This document shows positions 62,256 through 64,000 of a stretch of DNA of 64,000 bases, one piece after another; the stretch's first letter is position 1, and each line of letters begins with the position of its first letter. The DNA is from Salpingoeca rosetta (Eukaryota > Protista > Choanoflagellata): contig JAWQFM010000016.1 in assembly GCA_033442325.1 (NCBI GenBank), forward strand, positions 61,834-125,833. The letters run 5' to 3'. Under the pieces are notes generated by a model. The model was given only the letters and a program-made list of their open reading frames with translations, had not been told where the DNA came from and did no database searches. Position numbers and translations under genes: made by a program.

Positions 62256-63958
62256 TCAGCAAGCCCAGCAGACGGTGCTGCAGAGCGATTGCGACACTGT
62301 GGATTCGGCGCAGAAGCAGCCGCCAATGGTCATGGTTGCGCAGTCAATCGAGGCAAGGTTGTTGCCTGACATCTCCACGCCACCAACAATGTTGACGGTG
62401 CCAAAGTCGATGCTGGCAAGGCTGTTCTGGTCAAGGTCAACATCACCGCCAATGTACTGCAGGCCGGTGAAGTCGATGGTGGTCAGCTGGTTGTAGTGCA
62501 GCAGCAAGTCTCCGTTCACGTGCGTGAGGGACCCAAAGCTGATGGTGGTGAAGTCGTTGTAGTAGAGAAACAGGTCGCCCTCAATGCGGGTGATGGCGCC
62601 AAAGTTGATGCTGGTGAGGTCGTTGTTGTTGAGGCGGATGTAGCTGCCGATGCTGACGCCGCTCAGATCGATGCTGGTGAGCGAGCAGAAGCGGATCTGC
62701 AGGTCATCCCCAATGGACGTCAGCGTGCCAAAGTTGACGCTGACGAGGTTGGTGTTTGAGTTCAGGTCGAGGCCACCGGTGACGCTGGTCAGGCCCGCAA
62801 AGGTGATGGACGTGAAGGAGTTGCGGCCGAGGTCGAGCGTGCCATCGATGGAGGTGATGCCGCGGAAGTTGATGCTGGTGAGCGAGTTGCTGGAGAGATC
62901 AAGCGTGCCGTCGATGAACGTGATGCTGCCAAAGTCCAGCGTGGGCAGGTCATTGCTCCAGGCCAAGAGAGCGCCCGCAATCTTGGTAAGGGAGCGGAAG
63001 TTGATGCTGGTGATGTCGTTGTTGAAGATGGAAATGCCGCGGCCAACCTTGGTGATGGCGCCAAAGTCGAGGCTGGTGAGGGCGTTGTTGTCCAGCTCGA
63101 GCTTGTTGAGGATGATGGTGATGGCGCCAAAGTTGATGCTGGTGAGTGCGTTGTAGTCGGCCAAGAGCTCGCCTCCGATGCGCGTGACAGCGCCAAAGTC
63201 CAGGCTGGTGATGAGGTTGTGTGTGACTTTGAAGGAGCTGAACCGGGTGACGCTGCCCATGTTGATGCTGGTGATTTTGTTGTTGTTGACAATGAGCGAG
63301 GAGCTGAACGACAGGCCCGTCAGGTCAAGGCTAGTGAGGTCGTTGTGCTCTACCCACAGCGAAAGGCCAATGCTCTGCAATGAGCCCCATTCGAGCCTCG
63401 TCAGGGAGTTTGCGCTCAGCAGCAGCGATCGCCCAATGCTGGTCAAGCTGCCAAAGCTGATAGTCGTGAGGGAGTTGGAGGTGAGGTACAGCTCGCCGCC
63501 GATACTTTTCAGTTGTCCAAACGTCACCGAGGTCAGGGCATTGTGCCCAAGCATCACGCGCCCGCCAATGCTGGTGATGCCGGCAAAGTCGATGGTGCTG
63601 ATCTGGGAGTGGGCGACGGTGAGCGCCCCACCGATGTACTCGAGGCGCTCAAACACGACTGAGGTAACCGCTGACGCCTGGGACCACGAGCCCGGAGCCA
63701 CAATATCCCCGCCAACGCGCTCCAGCCAGCCAAAGTGGAGGGTTGTGGTGCTGGCAGACACGTACACGGAGCCCGTTACGCGGCGCAGGTTGAAGAACTC
63801 CTCGCAGCAACATTCCACCACGGCCTGCACCTCGCACACGGCTGCCGCGCTGATGGCGGCACGCGACACCGGGTCGGAGCAGTCGAGCGTGTCCGTGGAA
63901 GTTCCGCTGCATGGTGGCGCGGTGGTGGTGGTGGTGGTGGTGGTGGTGGTGGTGGTGG

Positions 63959-63999
<41 letters not shown>

Positions 64000-64000
64000 G
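62256..64000 (-). CDS. Putative cell-surface LRR/receptor-L-domain-like solenoid protein with a poly-Thr stalk; 5' end lies outside the window
   Basis: About 20 copies of a 22-aa repeat (L-x-L-x-x-N-x-L-T-S-I-x-F-G-x-L/I-T-x-I-G-G), Cys-rich caps at both ends, and an upstream in-frame TTTT..APPCSG from (ACC/ACA)n. Confidence 0.8.

Overview
This is eukaryotic, intron-rich, gene-dense DNA. Its introns are full of (GT)n/(CA)n microsatellites and there are three N gaps. Gene content and style suggest a choanoflagellate such as Salpingoeca; this is an inference. I spliced exons by hand using GT-AG boundaries and reading phase, and family calls come from recalled motifs, not database searches. About 16 protein genes are recovered: dynamin (5' part), an intronless F-box/LRR-like gene, mitochondrial S18, Arpin, RPC40/POLR1C, a KIF14-type kinesin-3, eIF5A, a COPS9-like microprotein, Hsp10, hormone-sensitive lipase, two small unknown genes, a BTB-pentapeptide gene, B3GALNT2, a double-SH2 multidomain gene and GAPVD1, plus a truncated Thr-stalk LRR/L-domain surface protein. 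The top finding is that the KIF14-like kinesin reads in frame into a C-terminal I/LWEQ (THATCH, talin/HIP1R-type) actin-binding module. Other highlights: GT-rich 5' / CA-rich 3' intron architecture, an unannotated-looking COPS9 microprotein, a stop-containing skippable exon, a duplicated splice acceptor flanking a foreign 119-nt insert, and six head-to-head gene pairs. Most ORFs in the supplied track are microsatellite translations.
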